From: Hormiphora californensis
Taxonomy: Eukaryota > Animalia > Ctenophora
Direction: 5' to 3'
Length of the DNA stretch: 64,000 bases
Assembly: GCA_020137815.1 (NCBI GenBank)
Contig: CM035359.1
Location: 5,146,001-5,210,000 of the forward strand
A program made the translations under genes and the position numbers. The notes below the pieces were generated by a model that saw only the letters and a program-made list of their open reading frames with translations, had not been told where the DNA came from and searched no databases. Below, piece by piece: positions 1-11,427 of the stretch. The stretch's first letter is position 1; each line of letters begins with the position of its first letter.

Positions 1-330
1 GCAGGTAGGAGTAGAGGACCCAGGGATCGATGTGGAGCAAGGTAGGGAAAGGACCCAGGAATCGATGTGGAAGAGGTAGGAGTAAAGGACCCAGGGATCG
101 ATGTGAAGGAGGTTGGGAAAAGACCCAGGGATCGATGTGGAGCAAGGTAGGGAAAGGACCCAGGAATCGATGTGGAGGAGGTAGGAGTAAAGGACCCAGG
201 GATCGATGTGGAGGAGGTAGGAGTAGAGGACCCAGGGATCGATGTGGAGGAGGTAGGAGTAAAGGACCCAGGAATCGATGTGGAGGAGGTAGGAGTAGAG
301 GACCCAGGTATCGATGTGAAGGAATACACG
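1..330. repeat. 36-bp minisatellite (GTAGGAGTARAGGACCCAGGGATCGATGTGGAGGAG-like), about 9 units, running off the window start
   Basis: Units are directly visible and give the 12-aa periodic ORFs (EEVGVKDPGIDV). The array lies just 3' of the minus-strand LINE stop codon at 435. Confidence 0.9.
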
Positions 331-434
331 AGAAAAAGGGAGCCCAGGAATCAGGAATAGGAGTTGGAGACAGTAGTTACTCAGGAATCCATGTGGATGT
401 ACCAAATGTAGGGAAGTGAGGATTATTTTGCCGA

Positions 435-1274
435 TCATTGGTTGTATGCTCTAAAGAACAAGTGCGTCTTCAGGGATGTTTTAAAAGTAGTAAGGGATTC
501 TGAGTCCCGGATTGATCGTGGTAGCTGATTCCATAATTTAGGTGCAGCAATACTCGTAGTGGTGTTCTCGTAGTGGTACTCACTCCTCCGCACCTCTTTC
601 AGAGCGGTGACGTCATTATCCACTCGGAGTGATTTCACTTTCTGGGGCCGCTTCACTAACATCTCAGACATGTATGGAGGGGATTGATCATGAAGAGTCT
701 TGTATACCATCAAGCAAATTTTGTACTCTATTCGCTGTTTCACAGGCAAGAAGTGTGATTTCATACGAAGTTTTGTTACACCGCGTTTTCCTCTTTTCCC
801 GTAAATGTATCGTGTCGCACTGTTCTGAACTTTCTGTAGACGTTTCAGGTCAGAATCCTTTAATGAAACCAAAAGAGAGTTGCAATAATCGATACGGCTA
901 TGAATAAGGGTTGAAACCAGCTTAGTTTTCTGTGCCTTACTCAATTTTCCGGCTATTCTCCACATCTGTACCAGTTGTAGATTGCAAGCTTTGACAACTT
1001 TAGTAACGTGATCGGCCATCGATAATGTGCTGTCAAACATTACGCCCAAGTTTCTCGCTCTTGGGGTGACTTCTGTTTCGCCATCTTCTGGATTGATCAA
1101 TATGTTCTCAATATCAGGTGATTTACTCCATTTGTTTTTCAGGATGAGAACTTCCGTTTTCTCTGGGTTGAGCTTCAGCATACTATGAGCCATCCACAAT
1201 TTTATGTGTGCCATGCATTTCTGTAGTCTTTCGGTCACCTCACCGATTGATTCTGGTGAGAATGAAACATATAT
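435..1274 (-). mobile_element. LINE-A (CR1/L2-type non-LTR retrotransposon), 3' half of ORF2 (RT C-terminal part)
   Basis: Motifs LKLNPEKTE, RNLGVMFD, SRIDYCNSLL, LQKVQNSATR, APKLWNQLP. Reads IYVSFSPE, continuing the YADDSQIY of the 5' half at 7869. Confidence 0.92.
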
Positions 1275-1399
1275 TAACTCATTGCATTGCCATCCCAACT
1301 TTCGTTGTTAAAATCGAGCTCCCTTATCTATCCTATCTACTATCTCCTAACGGACACCCAACGGACATCCCAACGGACATCCTGACTATCTAATCTACC

Positions 1400-2131
1400 A
1401 TGGGTACCAGGAGTAAGACACAGTTTGAGGATTTTGAAGAACTTTTCACCCTTGCTGATGATGCTGCCTCTCGGAAACGCATTACAGAGCTTTCAAAAAA
1501 GCATAGTTTTGACCCCTCTTTGTTTATTATGATGCGAGCTATGACTAAACATATTGAGTCCAAACTAGACACTGTTGTTAAGAGACTTGAGAAAGAGGTA
1601 GAGACACTGAATGATAAAAATACCTCGCTCGAGATCAGAAACCTAGATCTAGAGAACCGTCTCATTACTGCTGAGGCTTACTCAGGGCGTGCAACTTCTA
1701 TTATCACTGGTGTGCCTGAGATTGCTGGTGAGAATATTTACAAGGTGGTTGCTGATAACGTGAAAACTGTTGTGCCTAACTTCTCACCCGCTGACATTTC
1801 TATCACGCATCGTAACCGTTCCAACCCGGCTAGTGATAAACCCCGTACTATTACAGTAGTATTCAAGTCTATCGCCCATAAGGACTCAGTTTCTAATTTT
1901 ATGAAGACAAAAACTCTCAGAGACAGTGGTATAGGAATCTTTCACTATGCACCACCAGCAGTCAGAGCTAGGAAGAGTGAGTTAGAGGGGGTCGAAGGAG
2001 TGGAACGTGTTTATTTTGACGGACCCACCAGACTATTTAGTGTTAAGTTAAAGAGTGGACTTTTTGCGAGAAATATTCTATCTGTTGAGCAACTTCTAAA
2101 GGCTATAATTGATCTAGATAAGAAAGATTGA
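1400..2131 (+). CDS. LINE-B ORF1 (coiled coil + L1-ORF1/Transposase_22-like RRM), 243 aa
   Basis: Heptad-rich LDTVVKRLEKEVETLNDKNTSLEIRNLDLENRL followed by EAYSGR..IITGVPE, ISITHR and KPRTITVVF, typical of L1-type ORF1 proteins. Confidence 0.8.
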   Translation: MGTRSKTQFEDFEELFTLADDAASRKRITELSKKHSFDPSLFIMMRAMTKHIESKLDTVVKRLEKEVETLNDKNTSLEIRNLDLENRLITAEAYSGRATSIITGVPEIAGENIYKVVADNVKTVVPNFSPADISITHRNRSNPASDKPRTITVVFKSIAHKDSVSNFMKTKTLRDSGIGIFHYAPPAVRARKSELEGVEGVERVYFDGPTRLFSVKLKSGLFARNILSVEQLLKAIIDLDKKD

Positions 2132-2548
2132 TTTTTCCCACTCTACATATCACTGTGGGTGTTTATTATGTGTGCTTCCCGTGCTTGATCCTCACCGATT
2201 TACCCCCCCCCCCCTTTTAATCTGATATGAGTCTGTTCCCTGATTAGTTCCCTGATTAGTTCCCTATATACATTTTCCTCGTTACTTAGAATTATACCAT
2301 ACCTGGTTCCATGGCCATTACCCCTAATGCCTATATGTTTATCCCAATATAGAGAAGTAATTGGAAAGAATTCTAAAGTGGTGTTAACTCTGGGTGCAGG
2401 AGGAGGATGTGATGGAGGTGGAGGTGTCTCGCCGTTCCTGGTATGTGACATATTGATTGGGCTTTTCATTTACACATTTGTCATTACCATGTTGTTCTTT
2501 TCACACATTACACTCGCTTCACATTCACACCACACAAATCATGATTTT

Positions 2549-3187
2549 GCCACTTGTAATACGTTTCTCGATTGTTACTCTTGTCAATTTGGTCTGGAAA
2601 AGGCATCTCTATTCCCCTTTCTAACTCTACTAATTCACTTCACAATCCCTTCTGAATGTTCCCCCAGCAGTCCCTAGCAATTATCAGAGTGATTACGTCT
2701 CGTTGTTTTGACCCATCCCCTCTCTTCAGATAAAATCTCACACTTAGCACTCTTCTCTATTCTCTCCCTGTTTCATTCCCATGGCAACGCCTCCAAATGT
2801 ATCGATCATGTCTTTGGAGATATTACACCACCAGCAGCCACTGTGTGGCGCGCATTTCCGCTTCAAATGCGCGGCTCAAACAGCTCTGAATCTTCAATTG
2901 CAATCCCTGGTTTGATAAAGGAGCACACTGCGGTAATCTGGTACATAACAACTTCATTCGACACCTGCCACTTGTAATACGTTTCTCGATTGTTACTCTT
3001 GTCAATTTGGTCTGGAAAAGGCATCTCTATTCCCCTTTCTAACTCTACTAATTCACTTCACAATCCCTTCTGAATGTTCCCCCAGCAGTCCCTAGCAATT
3101 ATCAGAGTGATTACGTCTCGTTGTTTTGACCCATCCCCTCTCTTCAGATAAAATCTCACACTTAGCACTCTTCTCTATTCTCTCCCT
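2549..3187. repeat. Two near-identical ~220-bp direct repeats (2549-2769, 2967-3187) flanking a ~200-bp unique segment
   Basis: GCCACTTGTAATACGTTTC...TTCTCTATTCTCTCCCT occurs twice; both copies give the ORF start MTHPLSSDKISHLALFSILSL. Confidence 0.9.
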
Positions 3188-3862
3188 ACCTCCCACCCCC
3201 GCCGCCCCGCCCCCTCCACCCCCGCCCCACCTCCCCCACCCCTGCCCTTCCCAATTTAGAGCACTTTGTTACACAGGCCACTACAGCGACAATCCTTGTG
3301 TTTTGGTGCACTAAGTCGCTTATCGCGTGTAACAGTTATCACTGGTCTTATCTATATTATCCGACTTGTCTTCTAGAACATTTTACATTCTACGTTGGCA
3401 CTGCCCCACGCCTTATTTGTGTTCGATCGTCTTTTATCTTTACCTGTAATTGAAAGGAATACACCTCATCACCAACAACATCACGGTATCAATCATACAT
3501 CAAATACTGTAAGTTCATCTGTCTGTATTGACTGTTCATTCATTGTGTACAATTGATAATGTTACCGGATTTAACCTTACCAACCAATTATTTAATTAGA
3601 CCTACTATAGACAGACTACCCCAGACCCAAGCTTGAGAAGTGTCCACTCGACGGACCGTCGTCGTAACAAACAAACGAACAGGCTTACTTGCACAGCCAC
3701 CCAAGCTTGAAAATCTGCCCCCTAACTTGTCATGTTGCTTATTCGCAAGATAACTGCAAATGTCCTCACGGGGCGGAGATGCGAAGAGTGCAACCGACCT
3801 TTAACCGTGGGGGCTGCGTAAGTGTCTGGCAAGTACAATGACTGACTGACATTAAGAATGCC

Positions 3863-6800
3863 ATGATATTAACTGACCACAACACGATGACAGACGCTAT
3901 GACGAGGTTGCAATGTCGTTCTGCCCTAACGGGCAGAGTTTGGCACGCTATAACCTATCTGTACCACCACCACCACCACCACGATTTTGTGAGAGTTAGA
4001 CACGGCCAAGTTTTGTATAATCAGACTCTGTTAAGTTATCTTCGGGTTTCCTTGATTTGTTTCATCAGTATGGTTTTCTGTTCTGCACGTTGTGGTAAAG
4101 CTATCTCGTGTAAGATTTTGTTAGTGTGTATGTTTGCTCTTAACCTCACCCTTATTCTTATCTGTAATCCCTCTATTGCCAATCCCGGCCCCAGTGAGAT
4201 GAGTATATCCCAGTGGCTTTTTATAGCGAATGGGCGAATCCCATTCGCAGCGAGAAATTTGACTGACAGCAGAAAAATAGAGAGAAAAATCCCTGTTTTG
4301 CTTGCTAATGCTGCTCTCACACCTCATTAGTGCTCTTATGTGATCGTTACATGTTTAGAGAGCCACAATTGCTAGAAACGGGCGCGGATTTCGATTAGAG
4401 ATCCCAATTGTTAGCAGTTATTCCCGCCGCGCCAGCGGAATTACAGCGGAATGGGAGAAGAACGAGAGCAGAACGACTGCTGCCACAGCAGCAGCGACAG
4501 CGGAATGGGATCTAATCAGGTTCTGTGACATGCGATTCGCAGCGAGATTTTTCTAAAAAGCCACTGGGGAGTATATTATATAATAACGTGCGTGGTTTTG
4601 TTCATTCGTCTACTCTCGCGAGAGACTCCCCTGAGCTAAATATGACTAAGATTTCTGATTTACAAGGGTATATTTATGAGAAGAAGCCTGATATTATTGT
4701 TATTAATGAGACCTGGCTCAAACCTTCTATTAACTCTAGCAGTGTTCTCCCTCTCACCTACACAGTTTACCGTTTAGATAGAAGCCATGAGACCCACCCC
4801 TTCGACCCATCTGACCCTAAGCGGTACAGAAGAAACGGAGGGGGAGTACTTATAGCACACAGAAATGACATTAAGATTTCTAGTCACCGTTTTAGTAAGT
4901 TTACTACACAAGCCGAGCTTCTTACTGTGTTTTTCAATCACGGTAGGACTAGTTTCTGTCTTAGTACTTTTTACAGAGTGAACACATTGTCACATGATAA
5001 TTTTGAGAATTTTCGATCTTATATGTTAAATCTTATCAAGTCAAGGGGATTTAAAAAGCACATTTTAATAGGGGATTTTAACCTGCCGTCTGCCGTATTG
5101 CCTAGTGGTTCCGACGATGAACCCACGAGCGGTACGTTAGATCCTGCAGCAAGCCCAATTGCGAAGAAGTTTTTGGATTTTATTTGTGGGGATTTGGGAC
5201 ATACTCAGCTTATTAATGCATCTACCCACACTTCATATAACGTACTTGATCTTGTTTTTACCAACTGTCCTGAGTTTGTATGTGATAGTAATGTACTCGA
5301 GGAGGGAGCTGTATGTTTATCTGACCATTTCGGTATATCCCTGTCGATTGATAGTGGCCCCAGGGCCAATAGAGATACTAAAGATAGATACTGTAATGAT
5401 TTTAACCGTGCTAACTTTTTGGGGTTAAATGTCGCTCTTTCCCGTGTCAACTGGGATGTAGTTATCTCTGATGATGTAAACCTTTCTTGGTCTAGTTTTA
5501 AGAGTAGAGTGAATAACATCTCTAAGAGCTTCATTCCAAAAAAGCGCATTAGAGGTGCTTTCGCTCCCCTCTGGTTTGATGATGATTGTAAGAGAGCTAG
5601 AACCAAGAAAGAGACTCTCAGAAAAGCCCATATTTCAAGTAACACCCAGGAGAGTAAAGCAAAGTATAGAGATGCTCGCAAACATTTTAAAGATTTGATA
5701 TGTGACAAGATGAACAACTTTTTTGGAGTTTCTAATTCTAATTCTCTCTCTAAAAGATTTTGGTCTCATGTGAAGTCCTCCAGTAAGTGTACTCGCATCC
5801 CCGAGACAGTTTATAAAGGTGATATCTCTAGATCTGACCCGGGTGGCAAAGCTACTCTTTTTAATGTATGTTTTGCTGAACAATTTACTTCACCTAGTAG
5901 TTATGACATTGGTATTGAGAGTTCTCATCTAGATTCAGAGTGTTTTTTCTCTATCTCCGAGGTTTATCAAGCACTTACATGTATTGACACTTCCAAGGCT
6001 TGTGGACCAGATGGTCTCCATGGAAAGTTACTCAAGAATTGTGCAGGGAGCTTGAGCTATCCGTTGTGGCTTCTGTTTAATGCTTCTATTCGCACGGGTA
6101 TCATTCCTAGTGAATGGAAGCATGGCTCTATTGTACCTGTGCATAAAAAGGGCAGTAGAAGAGACGTGACTAACTATAGACCGATCTCTTTGCTGTCTCT
6201 TGTTGCTAAAATCATGGAGAGGCTTGTGAAGGTCCGCCTATCTAAGCACTGTGATCCACAAATTGACCCCAGGCAGCACGGATTTATGGGTGGTAAGTCC
6301 TGTTCCACACAGCTACTTCCGTTCACATATTCTCTAGCTTCTGGTGTCAGTGAGGGAATACAATCAGATGTTATATACTTCGATTTTAGCCGTGCTTTCG
6401 ATTCTGTTAATCACGACCTTATCCTGAAGAAGCTGAAGTATGATTTCGGAGTTGATGGTATGTTGCTAAATTTTATTAGAAGCTATCTTAAAGACCGCAC
6501 TCAGTCTGTTGTAGTAGACGGGGAGTCGTCAGGGAGTCTATCTGTTACCTCCGGGGTGCCCCAAGGTAGTATCCTGGGGCCCCAATTATTTATTTTGTTT
6601 ATAAACGATATCTGTAAGGCAGTTACTCCTGGTACCGACATATCACTCTATGCAGACGATACCAAGATCTGGCGTCGCATTGAGGATATGGGGGATCACT
6701 GGTCTCTTCAGCAGTCTATTAACAATCTCTGTGAGTGGGCAGTTTGCAATAAGATGTTTTTCCATCCTGACAAGTGCAAGGTGTTAAGTGTGGCTACTAG

Positions 6801-7557
6801 TAGAGCTACCCCAGAGCTGTCTGAGTTACCTTTCTTTAAGTACTTCTATTCTCTTAATGGAGTGGTGATAGACTATGTTAACAAGCACAAAGATTTGGGT
6901 GTTATTATGACCTCTAACTTAACTTGGACCTCCCAGTGTGATTATATATTAGATACTATGACTACTAAGTTTAATTTATTACGTAGGACTTGCTATTTTC
7001 TAAATAAGAGTTCCTATAAGAGATCTCTATACCTTAGCATGGTAAGATCTCTAGTAGAACACTGTAATTCTGTGTGGGCTAACATCGGGAAGGGGCAATT
7101 ATCTGCGTTAGAGAGGTTACAGAAAAGAGCAGTGAAATGGATCAAGAATGAGCCACTAGTTTCTTACACTAACGAGCAGTATGTCACGTATCTCAAGGAG
7201 TTAGACCTACTACCTTTTAAGCAATTGTTTGAATATTCGGATCTGCGTCTTTTCTATAATGTGGTTCACAATCACGTCCCCCTTAGTCTTCCTCCCTGTT
7301 TTACCCTAGTGGATGGTCTGAATCTGAGACTCACTCGCCAGAATCAGGCCATTATACAGGGATTGGACAGCACTACTTATAAAGATGACACTAGCTGGAG
7401 GGCTCACTCTGCTATACGTGATAACTTTTATCATCGTACCACCAGACTCTGGAATGACGTGCCGTATACCATCAGGCAGGCAGTGAGCCAACCCGTGTAT
7501 CTTAGAGAACTTAAGATTTATTTGTTTGAGAGTGTCGACCCTACCAACTTGTTCTGA
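3863..7557 (+). CDS. LINE-B ORF2 (hydrophobic leader with NPGP motif, APE endonuclease, RT), interrupted by the 4209-4568 insertion
   Basis: Removing 4209-4568 plus one TSD copy joins ANPGPSEM to SILYNNVRG in frame. Downstream motifs: INETWL, GGGVL, GDFN, SDH, YRPISLL, DFSRAFD, GVPQGSILGP, YADD. Confidence 0.88.
4209..4568. mobile_element. 360-bp non-autonomous DNA transposon with 15-bp TIRs and 8-bp TSD
   Basis: TIRs CCCAGTGGCTTTTTA ... TAAAAAGCCACTGGG. TSD GAGTATAT at 4201-4208 and 4569-4576. Confidence 0.93.
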
Positions 7558-7868
7558 TTTTATTTCATTTTCATCCCCCACATCACATTCATATCACCGA
7601 CTGCCCAGTCAATATGTCACTGCCGGGTTGGACCCTCCTCCCCCGTGCATTCTCTTCTTTCCCCTCTATAGCTGTAACCACTAGAAAGTTGAGGGTGCTT
7701 TGCAAGTTTTACAATATTACATTATTTCTATAATAATCGTATCTGTAGTTACGAGACAGGACTCCTTAATTGAGGGTACCCCTTGTGGAGTCCTTGGGAG
7801 TGTACAGAGTGATATTTTGTTTTCCTTTGTAATGTTTGTATACCCCCTAAATTTCTTCTTGAAGTAAA

Positions 7869-9971
7869 ATATATCTGACTATCATCAGCATACATGTGTA
7901 TGGTTAGGTCGTATAATGCAGCAATCTTTTCCAGGTCCTTCATATATAGGATAAACAACAACGGGCCCAGAATAGACCCTTGGGGCACTCCGATTTCAAT
8001 AGGTTTCGAACTGGACTCCGTCGATCCGATCTTAACCTTCGCAAAGCGTCCTGACAGGTAGGATTTGATCCATTTCAGAACACTACCTCCAATTCGATAT
8101 TCATTCTCAAGTCGCCGTAACAGTTCTGAATGCGAGATGGTGTCGAACGCGGCCGAGAGGTCCAATAACACAAGAATCACCTGAGATTTGCTGTCAATCT
8201 GCAAGAGGATGTCATTGACAATTTTCACGGTCGCCGTTTCGCAAGAATGTTTCGTTCTATAGGCGGACTGGAATTTAGCGAAAAGATCATGTTTTTCAAG
8301 ATGGTCAATCAGCTGCTCAGCTACACATTTCTCTACTACCTTTGATAAAAATTATAAGTTGGAAATAGGTCTGTAGCTTTTCAATTGATCCGGATCCAAA
8401 GACGCATTTTTGTGAGCAGGTCTTATTACAGCTGTTTTCAAGTTATCAGGCACTTCTCCTTGGGACAGACTGGAGTTGACAATCTTCGAGATTATTGGTA
8501 GGAGATGAGGTAAGGCACCTGTGAGTAGAGAGGTCGGTATAGGGTCAAGGGAACAATGTTTTTGGTTCATTCTTCGGATGGTAGATACAAGTTGTTCATC
8601 CGATACCGGTTTAAACGATGCAAGGACAGGCACTGATGTTGGTGTTCTCGTATCGGGCAAGTTAGGCAAGGTTTCTGAGAAGGATGGATCATTTCGAATA
8701 TCTTGATAAATCTTTTCAACTTTGGAGTGAAAGAACTCACTCAGTAAATCCGGAAGTTTAGCAGGATCAGGCACTGTTGGGAGTGCTTTCGGGGTTTTAT
8801 CTTTACCCAGCAGGTAGTTCATCACCTGATAGGTAGCAGATGGATTGCCCTCAGCAGCCTGAAGTCTGCGTCTGAAAAACTCTCGTCTAGCCCGTCTAAA
8901 CACTGACCTTGCGTATCTCACTTCTCTTACAAACTCTCTTTCCGCTAGATCAAGTTCTTCATAAGTAACTCGATTGGGCTTCTTTAGCTTCTTCTTGTAA
9001 AGCCGTCGATACCTGCGCTCAGCCCCACGCCTGCTCTTCAGTGCTGTATAACAGTCAACGTCAAACCACCGAGGTTTGTCACCGATCAAAAGTGTTTTCT
9101 CTTCAAGAGGTGCAAGCTCGTCTAGAATGTCTAATAAGAGTTCATCATACATCTCAACGCACTCAGTAAGAGATCGCCCAGGAAAATTGGGGCCCTTCAG
9201 CTCAGATTTCTGGATCATTTCAGTTATAGCTTCCACCGTCACTCTTCGCATGCATCTAGATACAACAGTCTTTTTCTGAGGAAGACGGTTTGATGAGCCA
9301 CAGTGAACGTTGAATGACACCAGAAAATGATCAGGGACTTCTGGGGTAGGTAAAACATCGACATCACTCAAGAGGTAATCATCATTTGTGAGAACCAAAT
9401 CAAGCCAACCTCCATTTATGTGTGTTGGCTGGTCGATCTTCTGTTGCCAGTTATGGTCTCCAACTATCTGCATGAAGTTATCAGAAAAAGAGCAGCTGGG
9501 GTTCTCAATGTGAATGTTGAAATCACCTGTTAATACTAGATGGCCTGACTTGGTCGTGAAGTCAGACAAGAAATCTCCAAATTCGTCCAAGAAAGCAGTC
9601 TGTTTAGACGCATCTGGTGGGCGATAAACAACAGCCGCTCTAGTGAGCTCTACTCCTCGCCCCTCCACCGTCACCTCTAAACACTCAAAAGATGAAAATT
9701 GTCTGTTAGTTTTGCACCGCTTCACCGTCAAACCATTCCTAGAGATAACCGCTACACCCCCACCTCTGGATCCTCTCGAGAGGTTGATTAGTTGATAATC
9801 AAACTCAGAAATTTGTCTGCTAATGGAGTGTTCTTCTTCATGGAGCCAGCTCTCAGTAATGCACATAACATCGACACAGTTCTCAGAGACTAACATCATG
9901 ACCTCCTCAAGTTTATTCCGGATAGAAAAGCAGTTCAAGTTAGCAAATCTGAGATAAGGAGCCTCTAACAT
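7869..9971 (-). mobile_element. LINE-A 5' half of ORF2: APE endonuclease + RT, inactivated by an in-frame stop and the LINE-B insertion
   Basis: EN motifs ITESWL, GGGVA, VYRPP, GDFN, LDLV, DH. RT motifs YRPISNL, DLSAAFD, GVPQGSILGP, YADD. TAA at 8354-8352 is in frame (RPISNL*FLSKVVEK), so ORFs 8352..9971 and 7749..8228 share one frame. Confidence 0.92.
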
Positions 9972-11427
9972 CCCTAGTTTTTTGCCATCCCATTAATTAT
10001 GTTGAGGCGCACTGGACAAGAAAGGGGTAACCGTATGAAGAGTTAAACTTGATGAGTCTCATTCACATAGGGGTGTAAACGCTGTGTAAATACTGAACTT
10101 TTTTAGGGATCCCTATTGGGTTCGATCATCAAAGAGGTCAGAGGACGAAAATCGAAAGCTCTTCGGGAAAGCGCGCGCGAAAATTAAAATTTGGGCCGGC
10201 CGGGCTTGAGTTTTATTTTTCAAATCAGAAATTTGACCTAGCGCCGCGCACGCGCGTTTCAAAATGCATAGCATATTATTATTCCTGGCGGCGGTGCAGA
10301 CTTTTTACAGATCTCTAAATACCTGTCTCAGTCAAGAACGGGAAGAACGCCATGGTTATTGGTTACACTAAAATCGTCTCCGGGATCCCGCGGGAAGGTC
10401 CCCGCACAAACCAGAATGAGACATGCCGTTCAATGCCTGTTTATTGTACAAATTAACGATTGTCGTATTTTGAGGATTAGTAAAACATTACCAAAATGGG
10501 GTCAGCCACAACAAAGCGCAGTGGGGGACCCAAAATAAATACAGTTCTCAAGCTATATATAACTCTTCTCAAAGTACAAACACTCCCAGCTAATAATCGT
10601 ATGAAGTAGATGCAGAGAGGCACCCTACAAAATGCAGACGTCATCATACTTGTCCAAAAACCCAATAAGATAACACAACAGGGCCCCATTTTTGATGCAG
10701 AAAAAATACTGGCTGCAAGTATGCCTGAATAAACTTGAGAAAATCAGCGATCAAACATGAAAACACGCACACTTGGATCTACATTGCAAGCTGGTGAGGT
10801 TACCACTGACCAGGTTAACGGTTAGTGGTTACTATGGTAACGGAGTTAACGGTTACCATGGTAATGATGCCGCACTTGATATTGGGTGTGTGCGTGCAGT
10901 AAAATATGAAACTTGTTATACAAAAATACAAAGGTAAAACAGAACAAAAAACAGATATTGTATACGGTATATCACGGTGTTGTGATTTTAAATTGGTTGC
11001 TCTCAGTTCCTAACTCTTTTTTGGTAAAACGCGGGTTGTTATCTTCAGAATTATATTGCACTGTATAAATGAATGGGGGCACTTTTCTTTACTGGTTTGT
11101 ACTACTACTAGCGATCTACTAAAAAAGTGGAAAATATGTCTTTACTTTCGAAATTAATTATTTAAATTTTCTCTTTCTTTCCTTTTATTAAAAACCATTT
11201 CATATATAACACTCAATAATATGAATATATTATAAATATTCTCCCCTCACTTCTAACTATATTGTGTGTTTACTACAACGTCTCTTGAATTTCTTTATTT
11301 ACACCAAAAACCTCGATATGACGTCATCAGTATGACGTCACCACCATGATCACACTACAACAACTCACACAATATAATTAATCCTAAACAAAATGTTTCC
11401 CAAATATACCACAGTTTGACAGGAAAC

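Larger units (their letters stand above)
1275..7868 (+). mobile_element. LINE-B, apparently full-length CR1-group non-LTR retrotransposon inserted into LINE-A
   Basis: Flanked by ATATAT at 1269-1274 and 7869-7874 (target duplication). Contains ORF1 and an EN+RT ORF2 and ends ...CTTCTTGAAGTAAA. Confidence 0.88.

Noticed and set aside
30-419. Repetitive ORFs 30..419 and 172..360
   Set aside because: Translations of the 36-bp minisatellite with no independent coding evidence.
4201-4576. 360-bp TIR element as a self-splicing-neutral Introner
   Set aside because: No register of the 368-nt insertion gives both GT and AG ends for precise removal.
7749-7868. C-terminal tail of ORF 7749..8228 (FTSRRNLGG...)
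   Set aside because: Read-through into the antisense 3' end of LINE-B; the true continuation is at 1274.
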